64,000 bases of DNA from Clostridium sp. CAG:302 (GTDB lineage: Bacteria; Bacillota_I; Bacilli_A; RF39; UBA660). A program made the position numbers and the translations under genes. The DNA lies in assembly GCA_000431795.1 (NCBI GenBank), contig FR887368.1, positions 90,291 through 154,290 on the forward strand, read 5' to 3'. Below the pieces are notes generated by a model. It searched no databases. It was not told the DNA's origin and was given only the letters and a program-made list of their open reading frames with translations. Of the stretch, positions 28,504 through 37,286 are shown in pieces; position 1 is the stretch's first letter; every line of letters begins with the position of its first letter.

Positions 28504-29877
28504 TTAATAATCACAGTTTCCTGGAGTCCTAGGATATGGTATTACATCTCTTATGTTATCTACTCCTGTTAGATAGATAAGTAGTCTTTCAAAGCCCATG
28601 CCGAATCCTGCGTGAGTACATCCACCAAATCTTCGAAGATTTAGATACCACTGCATTGATTCTTCTTCCATTCCTAGTTCATTCATTCTATTTAATAATT
28701 TATCATAGTCTTCTTCTCTTTGACTACCACCCATTAGTTCTCCTGCTCCTGGAACTTCTAGGTCTACTGCAGCGACTGTTTTACCATCTTGGTTTTGTTT
28801 CATATAGAAGGCTTTGATATCTTTTGGCCAATTTTTTATGAATACTGGGCCACCAAAGTATTCTGTTATGTATTTTTCGTGTTCTCTAGCAATATCTTCA
28901 CCATATTCTGGTTCAAATTCCCATTTTACTTTGGCTTCTTTTAGTATTCTTATTACTTCTTCGTGATCTACTCTAGTGAAGTGGCTATTTATTAGTTTGT
29001 TTAATTTTTCTAATAGGCCTTTTTCGACGAATTTATCAAAAAATTCCATCTCGTTTGGACAATTATCTAGGACATATTTTACTATGTACTTTAGCATATC
29101 TTCCATGATGTCCATATCGCCTTCAAGGTCACAGAAAGCTATTTCTGGTTCTATCATCCAAAATTCTGAAGCATGGGTTTTGGTGTTAGAGTTTTCTGCT
29201 CTAAAGGTTGGTCCAAATGTATAGGTCTTTTTGTAAGCCATAGCAAATGTTTCAGCCTCTAGTTGTCCTGATACGGTAAGAGCAGACATTTTTCCAAAAA
29301 AATCTTTTGAATAGTCTACTTTTCCTGTTTCTGCTACTTTGTTTAAATCTAGTGTTGTTACTTGGAACATTTGGCCTGCTCCTTCACAGTCTGATGCTGT
29401 TATTAATGGAGCATGGAAATAAACATAATTACGCTCTTGAAAATATTTATGAATAGCATAAGCTGCTACACTTCTTACTCTAAATACAGCATTAAATAGA
29501 TTTGTTCTTGGTCTTAAATAAGCTATTTCTCTTAAAAACTCTCTTGTTGGTCTACCTTTGGCTTGAAGTGGGTAATCATCTGGGCAGTCACCTTCAAGAA
29601 CAAATGAAGTCATTGTTAATTCGAATGGTTGTCCTTCTTTTGGTGATTTTATTAATTTACCTGTTACGGTAATGGCACTACCTAACTTTAATTTTGTTAC
29701 TTCTTCAAAATCTTTTAGGTTATCATCATATACTACTTGTAATCCTTTGAAGTAAGTTCCATCGGATAAGTCTATGAATCCAAAGTGAGCCTGCTTTCTA
29801 TGATTTTTAATCCAACCATTTACGGTAATTTCTTGGTCTATATAATCTTTTAAATATAATTCTTTAATGTCTAACAT
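28504..29877 (-). CDS. asnS: asparagine--tRNA ligase
   Basis: N-terminal OB fold (VNGWIKNHRKQAHFGFIDLSDG), class II motifs (FRAENSNTKTHASEFWMIEPE, GGSQRE), and a C-terminal GFGMGFERLLIYLTGVDNIRDVIPYPRTPGNCDY typical of AsnRS. Confidence 0.9.
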   Translation of the reverse strand: MLDIKELYLKDYIDQEITVNGWIKNHRKQAHFGFIDLSDGTYFKGLQVVYDDNLKDFEEVTKLKLGSAITVTGKLIKSPKEGQPFELTMTSFVLEGDCPDDYPLQAKGRPTREFLREIAYLRPRTNLFNAVFRVRSVAAYAIHKYFQERNYVYFHAPLITASDCEGAGQMFQVTTLDLNKVAETGKVDYSKDFFGKMSALTVSGQLEAETFAMAYKKTYTFGPTFRAENSNTKTHASEFWMIEPEIAFCDLEGDMDIMEDMLKYIVKYVLDNCPNEMEFFDKFVEKGLLEKLNKLINSHFTRVDHEEVIRILKEAKVKWEFEPEYGEDIAREHEKYITEYFGGPVFIKNWPKDIKAFYMKQNQDGKTVAAVDLEVPGAGELMGGSQREEDYDKLLNRMNELGMEEESMQWYLNLRRFGGCTHAGFGMGFERLLIYLTGVDNIRDVIPYPRTPGNCDY

Positions 29878-29892
29878 AATAATTCCTTCTTT

Positions 29893-30258
29893 CTACTTTG
29901 TACTTCCTGTTAGTAATCTTTTATTTATGATACTAGCAGATCTATTAACATCTTTTAATAACTTGTTATATAGATTAGGGTAATGTCTTAATGCCAGAAT
30001 AAACTGAACATCTTCGTAGGAGATAGCCCCTATGTATGTTTTATTTTCTTCATTCATAACGGGTACTTCTCTACCTAATAGATAATCTGCAGTTGTTTCT
30101 AATACTTCAGATATTTTTACTAAATTGTCTAAAGTTGGAAGTCTTGTTCCATTTTCATAACCACAAATTGATACTTTGGTAACTCCTATTGCTGTTCCTA
30201 ATTCCTGCTGGGAAAAACCTCTTTTCATTCTTAACTCTTTTAATCTTTTTCCTATCAT
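29893..30258 (-). CDS. XRE-family HTH transcriptional regulator
   Basis: IGKRLKELRMKRGFSQQELGTAIGVTKVSICGYENGTRLPTLDNLVKISEVL. Its stop lies 15 nt before the asnS ATG. Confidence 0.85.
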   Translation of the reverse strand: MIGKRLKELRMKRGFSQQELGTAIGVTKVSICGYENGTRLPTLDNLVKISEVLETTADYLLGREVPVMNEENKTYIGAISYEDVQFILALRHYPNLYNKLLKDVNRSASIINKRLLTGSTK

Positions 30259-30455
30259 TGTATTTATTACCTTTCTTTATTAGTTATCTCCTTGTTAATA
30301 TTATTTTATAACAAAATAGGTAAAAAGTACATATTTATTTACTAAATTTTACTAAAATATATAGGTTTTATGGGAATTTACTTGTTTATTTTAATTATTA
30401 TTTTCTATATTTTTACTTTTATTATTATTTTTTAAATAAATTTAGAGAAAGTAGT

Positions 30456-30845
30456 TTACTCTTCTACTTTCTCTTCTTGATCTTCAGATAATTCTTCGAC
30501 TGATGATTCGCTTTTTCTACGTTGGGGGTTGGATGTTAGAAATGTGACTTTTTCAGCAATTATCTCTGTTTTTTTTCTTTTAGTTCCTTCGGGTGTTTCT
30601 ACTACTCTTGTCTGAAGACGTCCTTTGATACCAATCATATCACCAGTTTCACAATATTCACTAGTTGATTCTGCTACTGCAGACCATAGAGTGCAATCTA
30701 AGAAATCTGTATCGTATTCACCATTAGAATTTTTATAGTTTCTTGGGACCGCTAGTGTTAGATTGGCCATCTTTTTACCATTTTCTGTAATTCTTGTTTC
30801 GGGTGTTCTTGCTATTCTACCTACTAGAACTATTTGATTAACCAT
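30456..30845 (-). CDS. ssb: single-stranded DNA-binding protein paralog without the canonical D-D-[IL]-P-F tail
   Basis: MVNQIVLVGRIARTPETRITENGKKMANLTLAV...LWSAVAE...GIKGRLQTR is an OB fold. It ends EELSEDQEEKVEE. The ATG at 30845 follows GGAAAGGAGGAA, so the track's 17-aa N-terminal extension is unlikely. Confidence 0.8.
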   Translation of the reverse strand: MVNQIVLVGRIARTPETRITENGKKMANLTLAVPRNYKNSNGEYDTDFLDCTLWSAVAESTSEYCETGDMIGIKGRLQTRVVETPEGTKRKKTEIIAEKVTFLTSNPQRRKSESSVEELSEDQEEKVEE

Positions 30846-30889
30846 AGTATTCCTCCTTTCCAGAGTGAATATAACATACTGTGTTTTTG

Positions 30890-31035
30890 ATTGCAAATTG
30901 GTAAAAATGGTTTTTGGGGGTTAAAAAAGTTAAAAAAAAGAACCTTTAGATTTCTAAAAGTTCTTGTTTTATTTTTTTGATGCCCTCAAAAGAGGTTTTC
31001 GGGTAAATTTGCTACTTTACACAAATTTGACACTT
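30890..31035 (-). repeat. ~145-bp intergenic repeat, copy B (homologous to 19031..19173)
   Basis: Same layout as copy A. The hairpin GAACCTTTAG..CTAAAAGTTC carries compensatory differences relative to A. It abuts the stop of 31037..32314 and supplies TTGCAA-17-TATATT upstream of ssb. Confidence 0.7.
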
Positions 31036-31036
31036 T

Positions 31037-32314
31037 TTATAGTCCTAATTCTTTGATTATGGCATCTGATATGGCATTTGCTAGTTTATCTTGGCTTTTT
31101 ATTAGGATATCTAGATCACTTTGATTTGATAGATAACCTAATTCTAGTAGATATGATTCATTGGCTATGTTGTTTTTGTAGTATGGATTTACTCCTACTT
31201 TATCAGGATTACTATCATCAACATAGGCTCCGGTTAGGTAACCTCCAGTTTCTCTTATCATATATAGATAGTTAGATTTTTCGGTTACATTATATGGCTT
31301 GTATCCTTTTTCATCATAGCCTTCAAGCGATGATTCTATTTCTTTAGCAGTAAAGTTATGGGTATAGATACCATTAAATTCTTTATATAATTTATTACTT
31401 GAATATTCTAAGTCAGTATAAGAAGTAATATTATCTGCGAGTGATTTGGCTAAGTCATAGTTTATCCCTTTGGCAGTATATATTTCTATTCCTCTTACTT
31501 TCGATGACGTACTCCTATTGATATGGATAGAGAATGTGTATTTTGATTTTACTTCATTTGGTATTACTGCTCTTCCATGCTTATTGTATTCATCCATTAC
31601 TTCATTTTTAGTTAAATCGCCTTCATCATGAGTTAATTTTACTTTGATGTTTTTCTTTTCTAGATTTTCTTTTATTTTTTTACTGATATCCATAGTGAAG
31701 TCTGTTTCTTTATAATCACCTGAAGCACCACCTCCATCCATTCCTCCATGACCTGGATCAATGGTTATATCATATATATCTTTATCTTTGTTTTCTATTA
31801 TATTAAACATCATTGTTTTATAGTCATTATTTGAATTTATTAATATCTTGTTATTATATTTTGATAATGTATAATAAGTACTTTCTTTGTATTCGGTTTT
31901 ATTATCTAGAACATAGTATTTTACTATGGGTTCTTCTTTATTTTCTTCGTTTTTATATGTTAGTTTTAAGAATAAATAATAGGTATCTCTTGGTATGTCA
32001 TCTAGGTATAATCCTTCATTTATTTCTTCACTAGTATAGAAATTTATTTTATTATCTTCACTATCTACTTCTATGTCAAAGTCTTTATCTTCTCCATTAT
32101 ATAGAGTTAGTTTTATATCTTCATAACTTTTATCTGATAATTCTAGAGTGCCTTTGATATTGAAGTGATTTCCATACATGTAATACTCTTCTACTGATAC
32201 TTTTTCTGGTTCGGGGGTTATTTTGGGAACTTTGTTTATGTAATTGACATAGATAAAGTAACCTAAAAAACCTAATACTATTAATACTCCTATTGTTATT
32301 ATTATTTTTTTCAT
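31037..32314 (-). CDS. membrane-anchored N-acetylmuramoyl-L-alanine amidase (Amidase_3)
   Basis: N-terminal TM; the C-terminal half has IDPGHGGMDGGG, TFSIHINR and a LELGYLSN-type motif. Confidence 0.8.
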   Translation of the reverse strand: MKKIIITIGVLIVLGFLGYFIYVNYINKVPKITPEPEKVSVEEYYMYGNHFNIKGTLELSDKSYEDIKLTLYNGEDKDFDIEVDSEDNKINFYTSEEINEGLYLDDIPRDTYYLFLKLTYKNEENKEEPIVKYYVLDNKTEYKESTYYTLSKYNNKILINSNNDYKTMMFNIIENKDKDIYDITIDPGHGGMDGGGASGDYKETDFTMDISKKIKENLEKKNIKVKLTHDEGDLTKNEVMDEYNKHGRAVIPNEVKSKYTFSIHINRSTSSKVRGIEIYTAKGINYDLAKSLADNITSYTDLEYSSNKLYKEFNGIYTHNFTAKEIESSLEGYDEKGYKPYNVTEKSNYLYMIRETGGYLTGAYVDDSNPDKVGVNPYYKNNIANESYLLELGYLSNQSDLDILIKSQDKLANAISDAIIKELGL

Positions 32315-32317
32315 TTT

Positions 32318-33625
32318 TTAATCTCCTATATTTAATTTTAATAATCTATTTAGTTCAACAGCATATTCCATTGGTAGTTCTTCTCTAAAAGCTCCAATGA
32401 AGCCCATTATTATTAATTCTTTGGCTTTTTCACTATCTATGCCTTTACTCATCAGATAGAATAGTTTGTCTTCAGATATTTTGGATACTGTGGCTTCGTG
32501 TTCCATAAATGATGAATTGTTATTTACTATGTTGGTTGGGATGGTATCACTCTTGGATATTTCATCTAGTATTAGGGTATCACATTTTACTGAGGCTTTG
32601 GAATTTATTGCATTCTTTGATATTTTTACTGTACCACGATAAACTGCCAGTCCACCACCTGAGGCTATTGATTTGGATACAATATTACTTTTGGTATTCT
32701 TGCCTAGATGAATCATTTTGGCACCACTATCTTGAATTTGTCCCTTGCCTGCAGCTGCTACTGTAATACAACTTCCTCTTGAATAATCACCTTTTAAAAT
32801 ACAACATGGATATTTCATATTGGTTTTTGATCCGATGTTTCCATCTATCCATTCCATTAAACCATTTTCTTCAACTATTGCTCTTTTGGTAACTAAGTTA
32901 TAGACATCACTGGACCAATTTTGAATGGTAGTATAACGACATTTGGAATTCTTACCAACAAATATTTCTACTACAGCAGCATGAAGAGAATCTTCTGTGT
33001 ATGTTGGAGCAGTACATCCTTCTATATAGTGCAATTCACTATCATCGTCTACAATTATTAGTGTTCTTTCAAACTGACCCATGTTTTTACTATTTATTCT
33101 AAAGTAACTTTGGAGTGGTCTATCTAAGTGAGTATGTGGTGGTATATAGATAAATGTTCCTCCTGACCATACAGCACCATTTAAGGCAGTGAACTTATTT
33201 TCATTATATTTAACTAATGTATTAAAATATTTTTTAAAGATATCAGGATGTTCTCTTAGAGCGGTGTCTGTATCACAGAAGATAACATTTTTCTTTTTTA
33301 ATTCTTCATTCATATTGTGATATATTACTTCACTATCATACTGTGCTCCTACTCCATCTAGATATTTCTTTTCAGCGGATATTACTCCTAAATCATCAAA
33401 GAGATTTCTTACCTCACATGATATATTATTCCAATTATCAGTTAGATTATCCTCTCTTTGTTTATAATAATTTATACTATCATAATCTATATCTAGTTTT
33501 GGTCCAAAATTCGGATTACTACTTTTATTAAAAGCATCTAGGGCTGTTAATCTAAAATCTAACATCCAGGAGGGTTCTTTTTTTATCTCAGATATTTGTT
33601 TTACTACTTCTTTTGTTAACTTCAT
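32318..33625 (-). CDS. sufB: Fe-S cluster assembly scaffold SufB-family protein
   Basis: FERTLIIVDDDSELHYIEGCTAPTY..LHAAVVEIFVGKNSKCRYTTIQNWS..YNLVTKRA. No sufC, sufD, sufS or sufU is adjacent. Confidence 0.8.
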   Translation of the reverse strand: MKLTKEVVKQISEIKKEPSWMLDFRLTALDAFNKSSNPNFGPKLDIDYDSINYYKQREDNLTDNWNNISCEVRNLFDDLGVISAEKKYLDGVGAQYDSEVIYHNMNEELKKKNVIFCDTDTALREHPDIFKKYFNTLVKYNENKFTALNGAVWSGGTFIYIPPHTHLDRPLQSYFRINSKNMGQFERTLIIVDDDSELHYIEGCTAPTYTEDSLHAAVVEIFVGKNSKCRYTTIQNWSSDVYNLVTKRAIVEENGLMEWIDGNIGSKTNMKYPCCILKGDYSRGSCITVAAAGKGQIQDSGAKMIHLGKNTKSNIVSKSIASGGGLAVYRGTVKISKNAINSKASVKCDTLILDEISKSDTIPTNIVNNNSSFMEHEATVSKISEDKLFYLMSKGIDSEKAKELIIMGFIGAFREELPMEYAVELNRLLKLNIGD

Positions 33626-33720
33626 TTTTTCACCTTGTTTCTACCATTATTATAAATGAAAATATCTTTTATGTAAAGAAAAAAACGGCCTATTTACATG
33701 GATAGACAGTTTTTTTACTT

Positions 33721-34461
33721 TCACTCAACTATATTTGATTTTGCTTCAAAACCATTTAAATAATAATTTGGTATTTTTCCTTGTACTACTTTCATTCCAA
33801 TGGGAATACTGGCACTTATATTTAAATCTTCAGTGGATATTGGTAAGATTACTCTAGTGGTTACTGATATATTTACTAATACTTTTAATAAGGCATTATT
33901 TATACCATATTCTACTACTTCGGTACTGAAGTTTGTTGATACATCTCCTATTAGGGATATTTTTACTGGTATTTTAGGGCCTATATTTGATAATAGACTA
34001 GAACCTGTTGTTAGTCCAAAGGGTATTTCACATATTATCTTTTTTGATAGTAATTCCATGTTATAGTTACTTAGACTATTTTCTGGTAATTCTAACATAT
34101 CTATTTTACCTTCTTCGACTGCACGAAGATTTAATTCTACAAGACTTGTCATTGTGCTTAATGCTTTGGATGTTTTTTTGGTATCAAAATCTATTAGAAT
34201 TATTTCTCCATCTTTATTGTATGTTATTTTGAATAATTCTTCAACATCTATATTATATAACTGTTTTGTTACGGCTTTATTTATAATTAGTACTGTTAAT
34301 TTTTTTGTTTCGGATTCAGCATATGATTTTAATATGGGATATGCTTTATTTGAGTAATAATTTATAAATATAAGTGATAATATTATAACTGATGTTAATA
34401 TTAATAAAATTAATAATAATATATTATGTTTTTTATTTTTTCTTTTTAGTATCATTCTCAT
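33721..34461 (-). CDS. yunB: sporulation protein YunB
   Basis: N-terminal TM; IPFGLTTGSSLLSNIGPKIPVKISLIGDV...EYGINNALLKV is typical of YunB. Confidence 0.75.
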   Translation of the reverse strand: MRMILKRKNKKHNILLLILLILTSVIILSLIFINYYSNKAYPILKSYAESETKKLTVLIINKAVTKQLYNIDVEELFKITYNKDGEIILIDFDTKKTSKALSTMTSLVELNLRAVEEGKIDMLELPENSLSNYNMELLSKKIICEIPFGLTTGSSLLSNIGPKIPVKISLIGDVSTNFSTEVVEYGINNALLKVLVNISVTTRVILPISTEDLNISASIPIGMKVVQGKIPNYYLNGFEAKSNIVE

Positions 34462-34483
34462 ACTAAAATATATGATATTTAAA

Positions 34484-34759
34484 TTATTTTAAAGCATTTA
34501 ATCCACCTTTTATTGATTTTGTATTATAACCAAATTCATTTAATCTTTTACTTATTTCGAGACTTTGTTTTCCTTCTTCACAATAAAGATAGTATGTATT
34601 ATTTTTATTTAAATAATGTGAATAATTATTTAATAGATTATAGTATGGTATGTTTATTGAATTTTTTATATGTGAGATATTGTATGAATAGTTATCTCTA
34701 ATATCAATTATAATTGGGTTAGAAATTTTTTTTAATTCACTTAATGATATTGTATTCAT
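34484..34759 (-). CDS. rhodanese-like single-domain protein
   Basis: 91 aa with the active-site loop YCEEGKQS. Confidence 0.75.
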   Translation of the reverse strand: MNTISLSELKKISNPIIIDIRDNYSYNISHIKNSINIPYYNLLNNYSHYLNKNNTYYLYCEEGKQSLEISKRLNEFGYNTKSIKGGLNALK

Positions 34760-34837
34760 AACTTACACCTCACTATAATATATTAAAATATTATAATATT
34801 GGAAAGTTAATAAACACAATATTTTTTATTTTATTTT

Positions 34838-34930
34838 CACTTCAGATCTATGGTTCTGAAGTGTTTGTTTAAGCCTTAGATTTAAGTCTTAAACAAAGGG
34901 CTATTATATATAAGCAAAATATATATATTT
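34838..34930 (+). repeat. composite intergenic repeat (copy c)
   Basis: Hairpin 34838..34863 has stem CACTTCAGA/TCTGAAGTG and loop TCTATGGT. Hairpin 34864..34897 has stem TTTGTTTAAG/CTTAAACAAA and loop CCTTAGATTTAAGT. The CTATTATATATAAGCA box lies at 34901..34916. Confidence 0.7.
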
Positions 34931-34956
34931 AGATTATAATGGTATTTATATATTAA

Positions 34957-34984
34957 AAACCTTTAATAATGAAATTAAAGGTTT
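34957..34984 (-). terminator. probable terminator of the coupling-protein gene
   Basis: 11-bp stem AAACCTTTAAT/ATTAAAGGTTT; the downstream U-run is only modest. Confidence 0.45.
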
Positions 34985-34988
34985 TATA

Positions 34989-37175
34989 TTAGTCATCACT
35001 GAAGAAATCATCAAAGAAATCATCATCATTTGTATTATCTTCATACATATTTTGTAATTTATCTTCATTAGTATTATTTTCTTTAGGTGTAGATGTAGGT
35101 ATATTCTGATTACTTTGAGTTAAATCATTAAATGATACATTCTCTTTTTCAGTAGACTGAGTAACTGGTTCTGAAACTACATCTACTGGTTTTTGAACTT
35201 GTTCTGGTTCTTTTGTTTGTTCTTCTTCTTTTTCTATTTCTGCTATTTTAGCATCAATCTTCTTAACTAAGTCATCTATATTAAAACTATCTTCTTCAGG
35301 TTCACTTTGTCCTTGATTACCTAAGAAGGCAGGCATACCTCCACTAAATGGATTAGATGATGAGGCCACAAATGGATTGGAACTACCGAATGGACTACCA
35401 CCCATAAATGGATTTGAAGAACTAATAAATGGATTCGACATGTTTGGACTAAACTCTCCCATTGAAGCCATTTTTTCTTGTTTTTTGGCTTTAACAAATT
35501 CTCTTATATCAAATAATTGTAATTCTCTCTTTGGTCTAGCTTCTGGAGTGCTCTTTGGGTATGTTCTACCCCAGTCAACTTGGAAGTCTGTTTGAAACTT
35601 TGTTTTGTATGGAAACATTCTTCTTCTTAAAACAATTATTTCAAACTGGCTTAATCTTTGTAAGTCACTTACAGTTACTAATGGTGTTGATGCGGTTTTA
35701 TCTTTTTCTTTTGACTTTACTTCACCACACATTTTGCTTATTTCTTCAAGGGCCGCTATCTCACTACTTATTAAATATAGTAAATTACAGTTACCACGAA
35801 TAGTATCTCCGTTTTCTTTACCATATACTTGTGTTAATTGTGCGAAGTTCTGGATAATAAATGTAAATCTGATTAATCTACTTCTTGCGGCAGTAACCAT
35901 GGTTGTAACATCTTTTAAAGGCGGCATATTAGCAAACTCATCTAGAATGAAGTTTGTTCTATATGGTAATTTTCCACCACTTTCTTGAGCAACATCTATT
36001 AATGTTTCATAACACTGTTTAATAAATATAGTAGCAAGTGGATGTAATGTTTTCTTTTCATCTTGCACTATTAAGAAAACTGCTGTTTTCTTTTTTCCAA
36101 TATCGCGCATATCAAAATCACTATATGATAACATTTCTGATAAGTTTTCTCTTGATGAGAAAAGTTTTATTTTTTGTTTAAATGTTGCAATAATACCTTG
36201 CTTTGTTTCATCTGCAGTAAATACTGTACCTGATGCATTAATATAAGCTGGTTTAGAAGGATCTTTACCATTAAAGTATTCTTTTATGTAGTTATTGTTT
36301 GGTCCTCCAAATCTTTCTTCGCCTAAACTACTCATTAAGTTTATACTATTTAAGTTTACTTGTTCTGGAGTAGCATCTTCAAATAAACCTAAAGCAAGTC
36401 CTGTAAAATAGTCTGCTGCTGTTTTTCCCCAGAATGGATCACCACTACTTTTTTCTTCATATAGTATATTTAAGGCCAAATCATCAAGTAATTCTATGGC
36501 TTTATCTGTATTACCATCTTTATATAATTGATAAGGTAAGCTCATTGGATTCCATGCATTGCCATGTTGTGGATCCCTAAAATTTAATGTTATAATGTTA
36601 TATCCTTCATCTTTTAATAATGCTGCTGTTTCTTCATACAATTCACCTTTAGGGTCAGTTAGTATCATTGATTCATTATGTTTGGCTAATAATTTAATCA
36701 TTGGTTTTGCTACGATTACTGTTTTACCAGAACCAGTAGCACCCATAACTAACCAGTGATCTTCACCATTATCTACCCACATTTTACCTTTTTTACTATA
36801 AAGTGCTATACCTGCTGCAGGTATTGTTTGATCTTTTATATTAACTACTTCAAGGCCTTTTTTAAATTCGGCATCTGTAGCCCATCTTGAATATCCTTTT
36901 TCTTTCTTTGAACCAACACTTAGTCCAAATCCTTTTTCATGGTCAAAAATATATGATTTAACTGCAAGAAAAATTCCAACCAAACAAACTATGAATAAAA
37001 ATAAAGTCATTCCTATGTATTTAGAAGTAAATGCTTTAAAAGGTAAAAAGCCATAAAATTTACTATTTGATGCTAAACTACTTACATTTAATACTCCTAT
37101 TGCACATAGATATAATAAAAATACACAAAAAATTATAAATATTATTAAATCTTTTTTTTCTACTTTAATTTTCAT
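34989..37175 (-). CDS. VirD4/TraG-type type IV coupling protein with a low-complexity SNPF-repeat and acidic C-terminus
   Basis: Two N-terminal TM helices, Walker A VMGATGSGKTV, TDPKGELYEE, LDEFANM. The C-terminus has at least four SNPF motifs within ~40 aa and ends DDFFDDFFSDD. Confidence 0.75.
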   Translation of the reverse strand: MKIKVEKKDLIIFIIFCVFLLYLCAIGVLNVSSLASNSKFYGFLPFKAFTSKYIGMTLFLFIVCLVGIFLAVKSYIFDHEKGFGLSVGSKKEKGYSRWATDAEFKKGLEVVNIKDQTIPAAGIALYSKKGKMWVDNGEDHWLVMGATGSGKTVIVAKPMIKLLAKHNESMILTDPKGELYEETAALLKDEGYNIITLNFRDPQHGNAWNPMSLPYQLYKDGNTDKAIELLDDLALNILYEEKSSGDPFWGKTAADYFTGLALGLFEDATPEQVNLNSINLMSSLGEERFGGPNNNYIKEYFNGKDPSKPAYINASGTVFTADETKQGIIATFKQKIKLFSSRENLSEMLSYSDFDMRDIGKKKTAVFLIVQDEKKTLHPLATIFIKQCYETLIDVAQESGGKLPYRTNFILDEFANMPPLKDVTTMVTAARSRLIRFTFIIQNFAQLTQVYGKENGDTIRGNCNLLYLISSEIAALEEISKMCGEVKSKEKDKTASTPLVTVSDLQRLSQFEIIVLRRRMFPYKTKFQTDFQVDWGRTYPKSTPEARPKRELQLFDIREFVKAKKQEKMASMGEFSPNMSNPFISSSNPFMGGSPFGSSNPFVASSSNPFSGGMPAFLGNQGQSEPEEDSFNIDDLVKKIDAKIAEIEKEEEQTKEPEQVQKPVDVVSEPVTQSTEKENVSFNDLTQSNQNIPTSTPKENNTNEDKLQNMYEDNTNDDDFFDDFFSDD

Positions 37176-37286
37176 ATAAAAATCTTTCCTTCCAATTAAC
37201 TACCAATATTATAGCATTAATAATTTGAATTGTAAATAAGTTTATTGGAAAAGAAAAGGCATTCTTGTTAGAGTGCCTTTTAACTA

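Noticed and set aside
28396-30455. A T-box or other riboswitch leader for asnS.
   Set aside because: asnS starts 15 nt after the XRE gene. The 200-bp AT-rich region upstream of the XRE gene shows no specifier or antiterminator-like structure that I could fold.
30846-30896. The N-terminal extension of SSB (MQSKTQYVIFTLERRNT).
   Set aside because: A strong RBS precedes the internal ATG at 30845, which gives the canonical MVNQIVLVGR start. The extension overlaps the predicted promoter region.
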